64,000 bases of DNA from Schmidtea nova (lineage: Eukaryota). The translations under genes and the position numbers were made by a program. A model generated the notes under the pieces. That model was not told where the DNA came from. It saw nothing but the letters and a program-made list of their open reading frames with translations, and did not search any database. Location of the stretch: NCBI GenBank assembly GCA_044892505.1, contig CM097882.1, positions 368,652,001-368,716,000 on the forward strand, given 5' to 3'. Shown here one piece after another: positions 1-12,001 of the stretch. The stretch's first letter is position 1. Every line of letters starts with the position of its first letter.

Positions 1-361
1 ATGAAGAAAAATCAAACGTTGGATAATTTTTTTGTTGCAACCTCGTCGTCAGGAATTGGCCAATATAAATCTAATAGGCATTATTCAAGATGTTGAATTG
101 GGACCTGAAACAGAAATATTAATGGAAACAAGTGTAGCCAACTCTAATGGCCCTGCTGATCCAATTGAAATAAGTCCGACAATTGAACCGGCGACTGCAT
201 CAGTTGTTGCTGCATTATGCTTTGATGATATCAGTGACTGGCCAGAAGCTTTGAGCAAAGATTTTATTGAACATTCTGTAATTAAAGGACCCGATATTTA
301 CAAAGAAAATTTGAGCCATTATTCTAAAAGCTCAGAAAAATTAAGAAGTCCTTGTCATTAA
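1..361 (+). pseudogene. Probable decayed N-terminal fragment of a hAT/ZMYM1-like transposase
   Basis: The ATG at 1 closes quickly. The shifted ORF 32-361 contains DISDWPEALSKDFIEHSVIKGP, which resembles the D..WP...I..GP segment upstream of TTF zinc fingers in ZMYM1-like hAT proteins. Recognition by eye only. Confidence 0.4.
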
Positions 362-2170
362 AGAAAACTTTAGAGATCTAAAACAAATTGCCTGAGAAAG
401 TGGCAGATTAGGCAACCGGTCCAAGCACGATTTCAACAAATTTATGTCAAGTGGTTAAAGTAACATGAGGTCTGGTTTTGTCTTGGGGAAATTCCATAGG
501 TTTTCGGCTTTTTAATTCTGGACGTTTTTCTTTAACTGGTATATTTAAGAGTTTTTTTAAGATCTTTCTGAATTTAAATACTGATTACTGTGTAGGAGCT
601 CACAATGTATTATTCCCATCAGTAATACATGACGAGATTTTTCGATGAAGACTTATCTTTGCGGTAGCTAGCACTAGTTTATTGTGTTAAACTTGGACCT
701 TTTCAGCTCAATGGTATTGTAAACGATTCATGTTACCATTTTTCTATAAAGAATATAACTTTGTTGTATATATAAAAATAATTTCAAATGAAAATTTTAT
801 TTATTACATATTTTCGGTCTAATTGTGTTAGAACTGCAAAGTGTAATGATTCATGTAATCATTTTAACAGTTATGGCAAAATTTAGTGCAAATTATTATC
901 TACAAAAGTCTTGATTTAATTGTCATTAGTAATCAAAATCTGTCGGATGGTTCTTGGTCTTAAAGGTAAGAAGTATCAGCTCAAAACTTAGCGAACCACT
1001 TGCACATATTTTTTTCAGATAAATCATCTTTTTTCTGTATATAGAAACTATTTGCAATAAATTTGTTGTAAAGATTATCTTACAAATTTTCTTTCATCTA
1101 TATAACACAATCTGGCTACAAGCAAAATTCAGCATCATGCTAAATTAACATGATTAACATCTTTTAGTTTGTTCAAATTCGATCTTTTTTTTATTTAAGT
1201 AATTTTCTTTAATTTTGTAGAGGTTTTCATTCAATAAAGATTAATTTGAAATATAAAATAAAAAAAATTTCCTTTATACAAAGTAAAATAAAAAATATAT
1301 AAAACAGTGCTGAAAATTCGTGTTCTAATGAAAACATTTTGTTTTATTGTCTTAAAAATGAAAACATTTGACATATTTTAATTATTGATATCTGACCTTT
1401 TCGTCTTTTCAGTAATAGAAAAAGACTATGTCTAAAACGCACCTTGTGTTTGTTCCATCATTAAAGGGCATGCAAAATTCAAACAAATCAATTTTTGCTA
1501 ACCATTTTTTAGAATTGCATCGCAATATCAACTGTGAAAATACTTTCACCAAACCCCTTTGATTAGTCAAAAATAGAATTTTAAATTTTAAATAGTTTAA
1601 CCAAATAACGATTATTGACGAATTTAGGCAAAATAATATATTGAAATTATACTCTCATATACTTGTTTTTAAGATTGATGAAGATATGAATTTTAAATTG
1701 GAAAATTTTAAACTGTTAGCATGACTTCGAAAATTGTTAAGCGTCAATTATACACAGAAGCTATCTCAAGTCATCGGCTAATATTTTGTAATTGAATATA
1801 AGAGTAAAACAATGTAAATTAACTTTAATTTACTTTAAATAATTTTTAATACTTCAAATTAAATTCAACATATCTTCTAAGAAACAATTCAAAATAAAGC
1901 TTTTACAATATTTAATATTATCCTGGCTTTTTAAAAATTGATAAATCTAATGCGAATGGAAAGGCGAGTTAATTCGTGACCGGACAACAATGCAGAATAA
2001 TAGCGATGTTGTTGTAACTGTTACATCTTACTTGATAAACTAAAATAGTTAAATTTAAAAACAAATTTTAAATTAATAGAATTATGAAAGACGTTGAATG
2101 TTGTATTGCTTGTATTTTCAAATGAAGTTATCAATTTCTTAATCTAATTGATAATTTAATAAAATTTTAG

Positions 2171-2299
2171 GATTTGTCAGTAACAGTTGTTTCTGAGTTT
2201 TCAGTAGATGACGTAGAATTGAAAGAATTTCCACATGACATGAGCAAATTAAATGTTGTTGATGGAATGGATTCTCAAGAGTGGAATTTGTATAAACAC
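2171..2299 (+). CDS. Host Cys-less (Pro-loop) pentameric ligand-gated ion channel, exon A (C-terminal half of the extracellular domain)
   Basis: Acceptor ttttag at 2165-2170. Encodes DLSVTVVSEFSVDDVELKEFPHDMSKLNVVDGMDSQEWNLYKH, matching the DLTVTVxSE...DEQEWxLxxH pattern of metazoan Cys-less pLGICs. G at 2300 is the likely first base of a GT donor that runs into the N gap. Joins exon B in phase 0. Confidence 0.75.
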
Positions 2300-2624
2300 G
2301 NNNNNNNNNNNNNNNNNNNNNNNNNNNNNNNNNNNNNNNNNNNNNNNNNNNNNNNNNNNNNNNNNNNNNNNNNNNNNNNNNNNNNNNNNNNNNNNNNNNN
2401 NNNNNNNNNNNNNNNNNNNNNNNNNNNNNNNNNNNNNNNNNNNNNNNNNNNNNNNNNNNNNNNNNNNNNNNNNNNNNNNNNNNNNNNNNNNNNNNNNNNN
2501 NNNNNNNNNNNNNNNNNNNNNNNNNNNNNNNNNNNNNNNNNNNNNNNNNNNNNNNNNNNNNNNNNNNNNNNNNNNNNNNNNNNNNNNNNNNNNNNNNNNN
2601 NNNNNNNNNNNNNNNNNNNNNNNN

Positions 2625-3593
2625 TGTTTATTTTAGGTAATTATTCTTTTGAGAGTTTGTAAGCGCCGTCATTACTATGGACGGTGCCCTTGCGGTCACC
2701 AGGAACCCCCCCCCCTTTTTATTTTTATTTATGGTAAAATAATTAAATAATTAAATAATTTAAATTATAAAATTTAAATTCTGAATTCAAATAGCTTACT
2801 ATAGGAAACTATAGTAAGCTGAATTCAGAAATAATTAAAAAATTGATTTAAAAAAATTTAAAAGCCAATTGAAGATTTACTAAAGAATAACAAGAAAATC
2901 CAAAACCATCAAAATTAAACGAAGATTATTTTCAATTTCCCAAATTTCCGCAATTGATTTCCGCAAATTATCAACTTAATAAGTGAGAAATCTCAGCTAT
3001 ACTTAACCGAAGATTCTTTTCAATTTCCCAAATTTCCGCAATTGATTTCCGCAAATTATCAACTTAATAAGTGAGAAATCTCAGCTATACTTAAACGAAG
3101 ATTCTTTTCAATTTCCCAAATTCCGCAATTAACTTCCGCAAGTTATCAACTTAATAAGGATCACTGGGAACTATTAAACGAAGGTTCCTTTCAAATATTC
3201 AAATTACGTCATTGGTTTCCACTAGTAATCAACTTCCTAAGCGATTATACGAAGCAATTAAAAGAGGCTCCAAAGAACTCTTCAAGATAAACGATCAAAG
3301 GACATTATTCAATTAAACATATTTCCCCTGTGTAAACCAAGTAATTTTTCGTAGTTGTTCTGTTATTTTGTTATTTATAGATTTTAGTATTAATAAATTT
3401 TAGTAAATTTTAGAGTATCCACCTTTTATATTTAATTGTTATACTATTCTCAGTAACCGCACGACACAGCACACACCCCGAGTGTCGACACATTGTTAAC
3501 GTCTGACTCTCTCGGGATCTACACTTTTCTTCCGCATCCATACATACAACAAACAAAAAATCCTCAGTTATAACAGCGCATAGACTTATAATA
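2625..3593 (+). repeat. 5' LTR of element A (true start about 2607, inside the gap)
   Basis: Direct repeat of 8362-9221. Contains four copies of an ~88-bp unit (gaag at 2921, 3009, 3097, 3180). Followed by the PBS. Confidence 0.9.
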
Positions 3594-3595
3594 AC

Positions 3596-3608
3596 TGGTG
3601 TCAGAAGT
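3596..3608 (+). promoter_or_regulatory. Primer binding site, tRNA-Leu(CAA)-type
   Basis: TGGTGTCAGAAGT is complementary to the 3' end ...ACTTCTGACACCA of eukaryotic tRNA-Leu(CAA) and lies 2 nt after the LTR. Confidence 0.85.
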
Positions 3609-3788
3609 CAACACACACACACACACACTCGCCGTTTTTTTCAAGCGTTAACGCCTTTAGAATACCTATTATAGAGGTATAAGGATTAACGTCACTTTTA
3701 GCCGAACACAGTATGCTATATCCTTTTGTCAAGCTCATTTTTTTTTAACATAAAAAAACAACATAACAAACAACAACAACAAAACTAA

Positions 3789-4919
3789 ATGGCATCGAAC
3801 CAAGCAAACCCAAACATTTCACAAACACCCATTGATAACGAAAATGCACAATCCCAACACCAAAACAACAACTACTATTACAACCCCGAAAACACACACA
3901 CCATAAACTCTGTAATTAACCCGAAACCCAACCTACCAAACTATTTCACAGACGAAAATGGCACCCCACAAAAATGGCTAGAATTTGCCAAATTAACACT
4001 AACCCTTTCAGGTATAAAATCCACAAAAACTCTATGCTCCAACATTATAGCCGCACTCTCCAGCAACAAACTAAATGAAATAGCGGATCAGATCGAAGAA
4101 ATTTCGAAGGATGACGACCCCTTCAACAAATTATGCAACATCCTGACAAACAAAAATAAAATAAACAGACGGCAAATGCTAGAATCTTGCCTCAACAACA
4201 CCCAACTAGGGGACAATAAACCCACTGATTTCCTCAGGCAATTAAAACAAAAACTAGAATATTTACAACCAAATATAACAAATTCGGGTTCAAATGAACT
4301 AGTGAAAGAATTTTTCATGAGAGCAATGCCACCAGAAATCAGGAGAATTCTGGCAGCCAGCAACAACGCTGACGTGGAAACGCTTGCCGACATAGCGGAT
4401 AAGATCAACGAGGAAATCTATCCGACAATATGCAGCACCCAAAACATCAACAAAAATTAACCGCACTACAATAATCCCGCATACAACAAAAACAACGAAA
4501 CAAACGACAACATGACCAAATTATTAAACACCCTAATCGGCAAATTCGACGAAATCATAGTCGAAAACAGACAAATTAAAACAGAATTAGCCGAAATAAA
4601 AGAACATTGCAATAAACAGACCTTCAACTCAACACAATCATACGACAATTACAACAGATATAACTACAACAGAGACCTGCCATCAGACGGTCAAAACAGA
4701 CAAAACTACAGCCGCAGCCAATCACCGAACAACAATTACAGAAACCGGTCAAATTCCCCTAATCGAGGCAACAATTACCGAAACAGAAGCCCAGAAAGAG
4801 ATCCAAGAAGTAATTATATAAACAAAAATCTATGTTTCTTCCACAACAAATTTGGTGAAAAAGCATTTAAATGCACACAACCCTGCGAATTCAATAGAAC
4901 AGAGCAGGGAAACCAATAA
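3789..4919 (+). pseudogene. gag: gag of element A with an in-frame TAA at 4458-4460
   Basis: ORFs 3789-4460 and 4512-4919 are in the same frame. They contain LGDNKPTDFLRQL, FMRAMPPEIRRILA and the CsRn1-type CHCC knuckle CFFHNKFGEKAFKCTQPC. Confidence 0.9.
4907..4913 (+). promoter_or_regulatory. -1 ribosomal frameshift slippery site G GGA AAC (element A)
   Basis: The heptamer is in X XXY YYZ register in the gag frame. The -1 frame runs open into the ATG at 4928 (21 nt downstream). Confidence 0.8.
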
Positions 4920-7900
4920 GGTCACCAATGATAGCACCCACATCAGGTGACAAAAATAACACATTTTGGGTGCACAGCAATAACATAGATTTTTTAATAG
5001 ACACCGGCTCGGTGATCTCACTACTGCCCCATTCTATGTACAAAAGTGCCAACAAAACAGAAAAACCATTAACAGCAGCTAACGGCACAAACATCAAAAC
5101 CTTCGGGCAACAAAAAATAAATATAAACATAAACAACAAAATTTACAACTGGACATTCACAATAGCTGAGGTCCAACAAGCGATAATAGGAGCAGACTTC
5201 CTAACAAATTACAACCTCCTAGTGGATTGTAAAAACAAACAAATAATAGAAAATAATACTAATACTACAACACCACAGCACAACACAAACAATGGAGGAA
5301 AGCCAAAAATAGACATCGGTGTGATCCAAACGGATACACCTAACAATAGACAAAAACAAAAACTGAATCACGACCCAGAAATAAATAAACTACTGGGAAA
5401 ATTCGAAAAACTCACCGAACCAGTAACTTTCGACAAAAACGCGGATCATTCCACCGAACATACAATCATAACAAACGGAAACCCGGTGCATGCAAAGGTG
5501 AGACAACTAGATCCACAAAAAACAAAGATTACGAACGAAATTTTCAAGGAGTTACTAGAAAACAAAATAGTAACTCACTCGAACTCTGATTGGTCCTCAG
5601 CACTCATGCTCAAACAAAAGGCAAACGGGGAATGGAGAGCTTGTGGAGACTACCGAATGCTCAACAAAATCACAGAACCAGACAACTATCCACTGCCTAT
5701 CATCAGAGATATAATAAACAGATTAAAAGGAGCCAAACTCTTCTCGAAAATTGATTTACAAAAGGCTTACCACCAAATACCCATCAGGAACGAGGATATA
5801 AAAAAACAGCAATCGTAACACCAATCGGCATGTTCGAGTACAACAGAATGCCATTTGGGTTGCGAAACGCAGCTGCAACATTTCAGCGATTTATGGACAA
5901 GACGCTGAAAAACAACCAGAACACAATAGCTTATTTGGACGACATTCTCATAGCAAGTCCTAACAAAACTGCTCACTTAAAAGACATCGAAAAGGTGTTT
6001 GAAACGCTGAACTCCGCAAATCTCAAAATAAACATTCAAAAATGCGAATTTTTGAAAAAGAGATCAATTTTTTGGGACACACACTGGATGAAAAAGGCAC
6101 GAAGCCAATAGACAAGAAAATAAGCACGATACAAGAGTTCAGATTACCGAACACAAACAGAGAGCTAAGACGATTCTTAGGGATGGTAAACTTTTACCAT
6201 GCGTACATCCCTAACTGTAGTGAATTGTTAGCTCCATTAAACGACCTGATCAAGACAAGAAGAAACATTAAAATAAACTGGACCGAACAAACTATCAAAC
6301 AGTTCGAAAAAGCAAAAACAAGCTTATCCCGAGCAACATCACTCGGATATCCAAATCCAGAACTTGACTACAACTTAGCAACAGACTGCTCTGGATATAC
6401 AATGGGCGCAACCTTATACCAAGAGAATGAATACGGCAAACAGCCAATCGGGTTTTTCTCAAAAAAACTAAAGACACACCAAACACGATACTCAACTTTT
6501 GATCGATAACTACTCGCGATACATGAAGCCATCAAACACTTCCAACACTTACTGGAAGCAAGAAATTTCAAAATATATACGGACCACAAACCATTAACAA
6601 ACGCGATACAAATGAAAAACCCATCGCCACGACAAATAAGACAATTAAATTACATATCACAATTTAATTGCACAATTAACTATGTCGCAGGCGCAGCAAA
6701 CATCGCAGCAGATACTCTGTCAAGAATAGAAACAGACGTAAACGCACTAGAATTTGGCGAACTATTTGAAATGGAAAAAATTAAAAACAAACAACCAGAA
6801 ACTTTAAAAGAACTCCCGCTAAAACACAGCCTGAAATTAGAAAAAATCAATGAAGTTTGGTACGACGTCAGCAACGAAAACACACCAAGAATACTCTTAC
6901 CAAAAGAGTTTAGGGAATCGTGTATTTCGAAAATTCATGACATCAGCCATCCAGGCAACAAAGCCACTTTCGAAATAATTCACAACAGATACATATGGCC
7001 TAATATGAGAAAGGAAATCAAAAGTTTCGTAAAAACATGCAAAGATTGCCAAATCAACAAAATATCAAAGAAACCAACAACACAAAAAGTAAACTTTCCA
7101 AGCAGTCAACCTTTCGAGATGATTCACATCGACATAGTCGGACCGTTACCACAAACAACGGGTACAACTACCTACTCACAATCATCGACAGGAAGACTAA
7201 CTGGTTCGAAATCATCCCGCTAAAGGAAACATCAGCCCAAAACATATGCAACAAGCTCGAACTAAATTGGATAGCTCGCTACGGTCAACCAAAAGTATTG
7301 ATAACAGACCAAGGGAGACAGTTCGAATCAGAATTATTCAGTACTCTGTGCAACAAATACAACATCAAAAGAAACCGCACAACGGCTTACAACCCTCAAG
7401 CAAATGGAAAAATCGAGAGATTGCACAGAACACTAAAGGAAAGTATCCGAACCAAAGCAGACGACAGAAATTGGCTAAGTCTACTCCCGACAATCTTACT
7501 GGGACTTAGAAACACGCCAAACTCAACCGACAACGAAAGCCCAGCATACAAAGTATTCGGCAGAGAATCAAATCTCCCAACAATTAAAAACAATACAACC
7601 GAAAACACGGAAACCAACAAACAAGCAACCAGCACAAACAACGAAAGAGCAGAAAAAAATTAAAAGGAATCCTTAAAAAGAGAGCTAACTCTGAAATGGA
7701 TGGAAAAGTAGTTCTAACAACAGACTACGTATTAATAAAAAATCCCTTCACCAAAGGCTTCGAACCAAAATACGAAGGCCCTTTCAGATTGGTTGAAATT
7801 AATAAAAATGTAGCAACAATAATAAAAGACAACACCAAAATAAGAATCAATCTTAGAAGAATTAAGCCATACCACAACAACCAAAACACTCCAAACAACC

Positions 7901-8049
7901 CCACAAAAGAAAAAACCCCGGCAGAAATAAAAACTCAAAAAAAACACAAACACATCACATTCAACTCCAAAAACTCGATAAAACTGTTCGACAAGGACAC
8001 CATAATCACACCCCTTTACAAAAAACGCTATAGCGATTGCCTCAAATAA
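4907..8049 (+). pseudogene. pol: pol of element A (protease, RT, RNase H, integrase, GPY/F) broken by frameshifts and stops
   Basis: Motifs LIDTGS, MPFGL, YLDD, LATDCS, integrase HHCC, HIDIVG, TDQG, GKIER and KYEGPF are spread over ORFs 4928-5818, 5830-6111, 6042-6509, 6612-7223, 7037-7663 and 7696-8049. Confidence 0.92.
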
Positions 8050-8329
8050 AAAATACACAAACATACACGAGCAAAACACAAGCACAACACAGCGAAATGT
8101 ACAGTTTTTATTTTTTGTGTAAATATGTAAAAGTTACAGATTTTTATGTTCTATGTAATTATGTAATTTATGTGGTTAAATTGTAATTTAACAAAACAAA
8201 ACAAAAAACAAACAAAAAAACAAAAAAACAAAACATAATAAAACAAAAGAGAATAAAAAAAGTTTTAAGTTATTGTTAGTGCTTAAAATATAAATGTTAA
8301 TTTTTATTCGTTTGTTAACCTCCGGTTTT

Positions 8330-8340
8330 AAAGGGGGAAG
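8330..8340 (+). promoter_or_regulatory. Polypurine tract of element A
   Basis: AAAGGGGGAAG lies 3 nt before the TGTGG start of the 3' LTR. Confidence 0.85.
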
Positions 8341-8343
8341 TTA

Positions 8344-9221
8344 TGTGGATGTCTTGTTTTATGTTTATTTTAGGTAATTATTCTTTTGAGAGTTTGTAAG
8401 CGCCGTCATTACTATGGACGGTGCCCTTGCGGTCACCAGGAACCCCCCCCCCCTTTTTATTTTTATTTATGGTAAAATAATTAAATAATTAAATAATTTA
8501 AATTATAAAATTTAAATTCTGAATTCAAATAGCTTACTATAGGAAACTATAGTAAGCTGAATTCAGAAATAATTAAAAAATTGATTTAAAAAAATTTAAA
8601 AGCCAATTGAAGATTTACTAAAGAATAACAAGAAAATCCAAAACCATCAAAATTAAACGAAGATTATTTTCAATTTCCCAAATTTCCGCAATTGATTTCC
8701 GCAAATTATCAACTTAATAAGTGAGAAATCTCAGCTATACTTAAACGAAGATTCTTTTCAATTTCCCAAATTCCGCAATTAACTTCCGCAAGTTATCAAC
8801 TTAATAAGGATCACTGGGAACTATTAAACGAAGGTTCCTTTCAAATATTCAAATTACGTCATTGGTTTCCACTAGTAATCAACTTCCTAAGCGATTATAC
8901 GAAGCAATTAAAAGAGGCTCCAAAGAACTCTTCAAGATAAACGATCAAAGGACATTATTCAATTAAACATATTTCCCCTGTGTAAACCAAGTAATTTTTC
9001 GTAGTTGTTCTGTTATTTTGTTATTTATAGATTTTAGTATTAATAAATTTTAGTAAATTTTAGAGTATCCACCTTTTATATTTAATTGTTATACTATTCT
9101 CAGTAACCGCACGACACAGCACACACCCCGAGTGTCGACACATTGTTAACGTCTGACTCTCTCGGGATCTACACTTTTCTTCCGCATCCATACATACAAC
9201 AAACAAAAAATCCTCAGTTAT
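8344..9221 (+). repeat. 3' LTR of element A (end inside the gap)
   Basis: Starts with TG after the PPT. Copy of the 5' LTR but with only three of the ~88-bp units (8659, 8747, 8830). Confidence 0.9.
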
Positions 9222-10753
9222 NNNNNNNNNNNNNNNNNNNNNNNNNNNNNNNNNNNNNNNNNNNNNNNNNNNNNNNNNNNNNNNNNNNNNNNNNNNNNNN
9301 NNNNNNNNNNNNNNNNNNNNNNNNNNNNNNNNNNNNNNNNNNNNNNNNNNNNNNNNNNNNNNNNNNTCAATTTGTACAACAGTTTTTTCATTTTTATAAG
9401 ATTTTCAATTTCTTTCCAGGGTTCTTTTAACTTGTAAGATTTTTCATTTTTGAAAATTCCTAAATAATCGATAATTGCACGATAAAACATTTAGGAAAAT
9501 ATTTTTATAAAAAATAAAACTCAGATAATAAATTCTATTTCATTACACCACAAATCAGTGTTTATAACTAAGATATTAGATATTGATATGTAATCATGAT
9601 TATAGATTATGAGACTTGATTCATCACATTTCATACTTGCAACGACAAAAATCATATATCAAGCAATTAAATTATTTAAAAATTAAATAAAATAGACACT
9701 AATATGGCGATCTTCTAATAAAAATGTTATTGCTGAATTGTTTTTACTAGAAGCGACAACCTAGAATATTTCGTTAAAAACTTTCATCAATTCTATGACG
9801 CAGTAAACATCAGTAAAGATTAAAAAACGCTGATTGTAATAATGCACACTTGACACTTTTACCTATTGACACATATAGAAGAGCAGGAGGAAAAACCTTT
9901 GAAGAGGAGCTACGAAACACCTCTGAGAAGTTTAAATCATTAATGTATGATTTAACGCAAGAATTGTGCTTCGAGCAAGGATCAGATTCATCTGAAAACT
10001 TTATACATAAAGTGAAGAAACTGCCATAAATTTAACGTAAAAGAAATCTAGAAATGTTTATTAATACATTTAACTCGAGACAAATAAGTAAGAAAAGAGA
10101 TTGAAACACAAGAATTAAACACAAGAATTAAAATCTACAATAAAACAGTTTAAAATGCTATTAAACTCGTTAATGCTGTAAAAATAGTAAAAATAGTAAC
10201 AAGAAATGGCATTTTTATCGCAGATAAATGAGAAGCATGATGTATTGATTTCATAGAACATAGAATAGTCAAGAATGGACAATCTATAAATAATAAACCA
10301 AGAAGACAACCAAAAAACTAGAAAGAAAGTTAGAAATAAAAATAAAAAATCTAGAAGGGAACTGAATTATAGGAAAATGTAGTTCGCGGTGGAAACACCA
10401 CTAGTGTATGTGTGTATGTGTTTATGATAAAGAAAAAGATCGCAGGATAAAAAGCTTGCATCAGTGTTTATTATGAATTATGGTCCAAAATCTGGCTAAT
10501 ATTTGTCTATTAACCTTATATTTCAACTTTTTAAATAATAATTTCACATTTTCAGACCATTGAATCTTGTCTTTAGTAGTTGTTATAATATTTTCTAGAG
10601 ATCGAGAAATTCTCGAATTTTTCTTTAAAATTTTGAATAAAAGTTAGATAATCCTAGAAAACTATGAAAATATTAAACGCAATGAGGCTTTTGAAAATTA
10701 GTCATTGTTATAATATTTTTATACAATCTCGGTCTATGACATGTTATTTTTAA

Positions 10754-12001
10754 GGGGCAGTTGAAAAAATAGAAAATTTTTAAGCGTTTATTTAAAAAAT
10801 AGAAAAGAAAATATTTTAATATAAAAAATAGAAAAGAAAATATTTTAATATAAAAAATAGAAAAGAAATTATTTTAATATAAAAAATAGAAAATAAATTA
10901 TTTTAATATAAAAAATAGAAAATAAATTATTTTAATATAAAAAATAGAAAATAAATTATTTTAATATAAAAAATAGAAAATTAAATATTTTAATATAAAA
11001 AATAGAAAATAAATTATTTTAATATAAAAAATAGAAAATTAAATATTTTAATATAAAAAATAGAAAATAAAATATTTTAATATAAAAAATAGGAAATAAA
11101 ATATCTGAATATAAAAAATAGAAAAGAAATTTATTCAATTGAAAATATAGAAAATATATAAAATCATTTGAAATATACAAAAGAAAATATATTAATGCAA
11201 TTATGGGAAATATAATTAAAATAATTTTAAAAACAGAAAATAAATTATATTAACATAAAATATAGGAGAAAATATAATAATACAATGTGTAATATTATGT
11301 GCATCCCAAAGTTACACTGGTTTTGTTTCTTTGCATAACTTTGAATGATATGTTTTTGGTCACCGCGGATTTACTGAATAACTGCATAAACTCGCCCATA
11401 CTATCAAAGGTGCTACTGATTCGAAATTCTGCAGCTAATTGATTGCATTTTAGCGCTATAATATCATGTGTATTGCTGGTTGTTGTCATGGGGTGGAAGT
11501 TTAGTTTTTGTAAAAAATCAAGACAGTATAAATAAACAGTATTGTGTTCTATAAAATATATATAATTATTGTCTTTTCAATAATTTCAATAAATTATATT
11601 GGTTTTTAATTGTTAAAATTCGTTGTATTATATTTTTAATATACCAAAAGATATAAGTGATGATCCATTGTTTCAATTGTTTAATTTAATTTTCTATTTT
11701 TTTATTAAAATATTTTATTTTCTATTTTTTTATTAAAATATTTTATTTTCTATTTTTTATATTAAAATAGTTTCTTTTCTATTTTTTCTATTAAAATATT
11801 TAATTTTCTATTTTTTATATTAAAATAATTTCTTTTCTATTTTTTATATTAAAATAATTTATTTTCTATTTTTTATATTAAAATAATTTCTTTTCTATTT
11901 TTTATATTAAAATATTTTCTTTTCTATTTTTTATATTAAAATAATTTCTTTTCTATTTTTTAATTAAATGCCTAAAAATTTTCTATTTTTTACATTTCCC
12001 C
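10754..12001. mobile_element. Non-autonomous MULE/Foldback element with tandem-repeat TIRs and a 9-bp TSD
   Basis: GGGG...CCCC termini. Arms are built of ~29-bp AT-rich units (about 10800-11150 and inverted about 11685-11960). TATTTTTAA is identical at 10745-10753 and 12002-12010. Confidence 0.88.
11295..11489 (-). pseudogene. MuDR-type transposase N-terminal remnant inside the Foldback element
   Basis: FRISSTFDSMGEFMQLFSKSAVTKNISFKVMQRNKTSVTLGC resembles the MuDR N-terminal domain pattern (F....F....EF......A......FKV.........C). Confidence 0.55.

Larger units (their letters stand above)
2625..9221 (+). mobile_element. Ty3/gypsy LTR retrotransposon A, CsRn1/Kabuki clade, pseudogenised, in intron of the pLGIC gene
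   Basis: Near-identical LTRs at both ends (outer ends fall in N gaps), PBS, gag with CHCC motif, PR-RT-RH-INT order and a PPT. Confidence 0.92.

Noticed and set aside
2253-2662. ORFs spanning N runs (also 9143-9490, 15267-15557, 43287-43490)
   Set aside because: These are artefacts of translating assembly gaps. Only 2171-2299 is real coding sequence.
4458-4460. Programmed stop-codon readthrough in gag of element A
   Set aside because: The element carries several other stops and frameshifts and there is no typical readthrough context. A CAA-to-TAA mutation is simpler.
9840-10030. Short open frame IDTYRRAGGKTFEEELRN... as a missing channel exon
   Set aside because: Exons A and B already join without a gap, there are no convincing splice sites, and there is no family motif. 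Probably a transposon relic.
10800-11960. Regular ~29-bp repeats as a CRISPR array
   Set aside because: There are no unique spacers, the context is eukaryotic, and the arrays are inverted arms of a TIR element with a 9-bp TSD.
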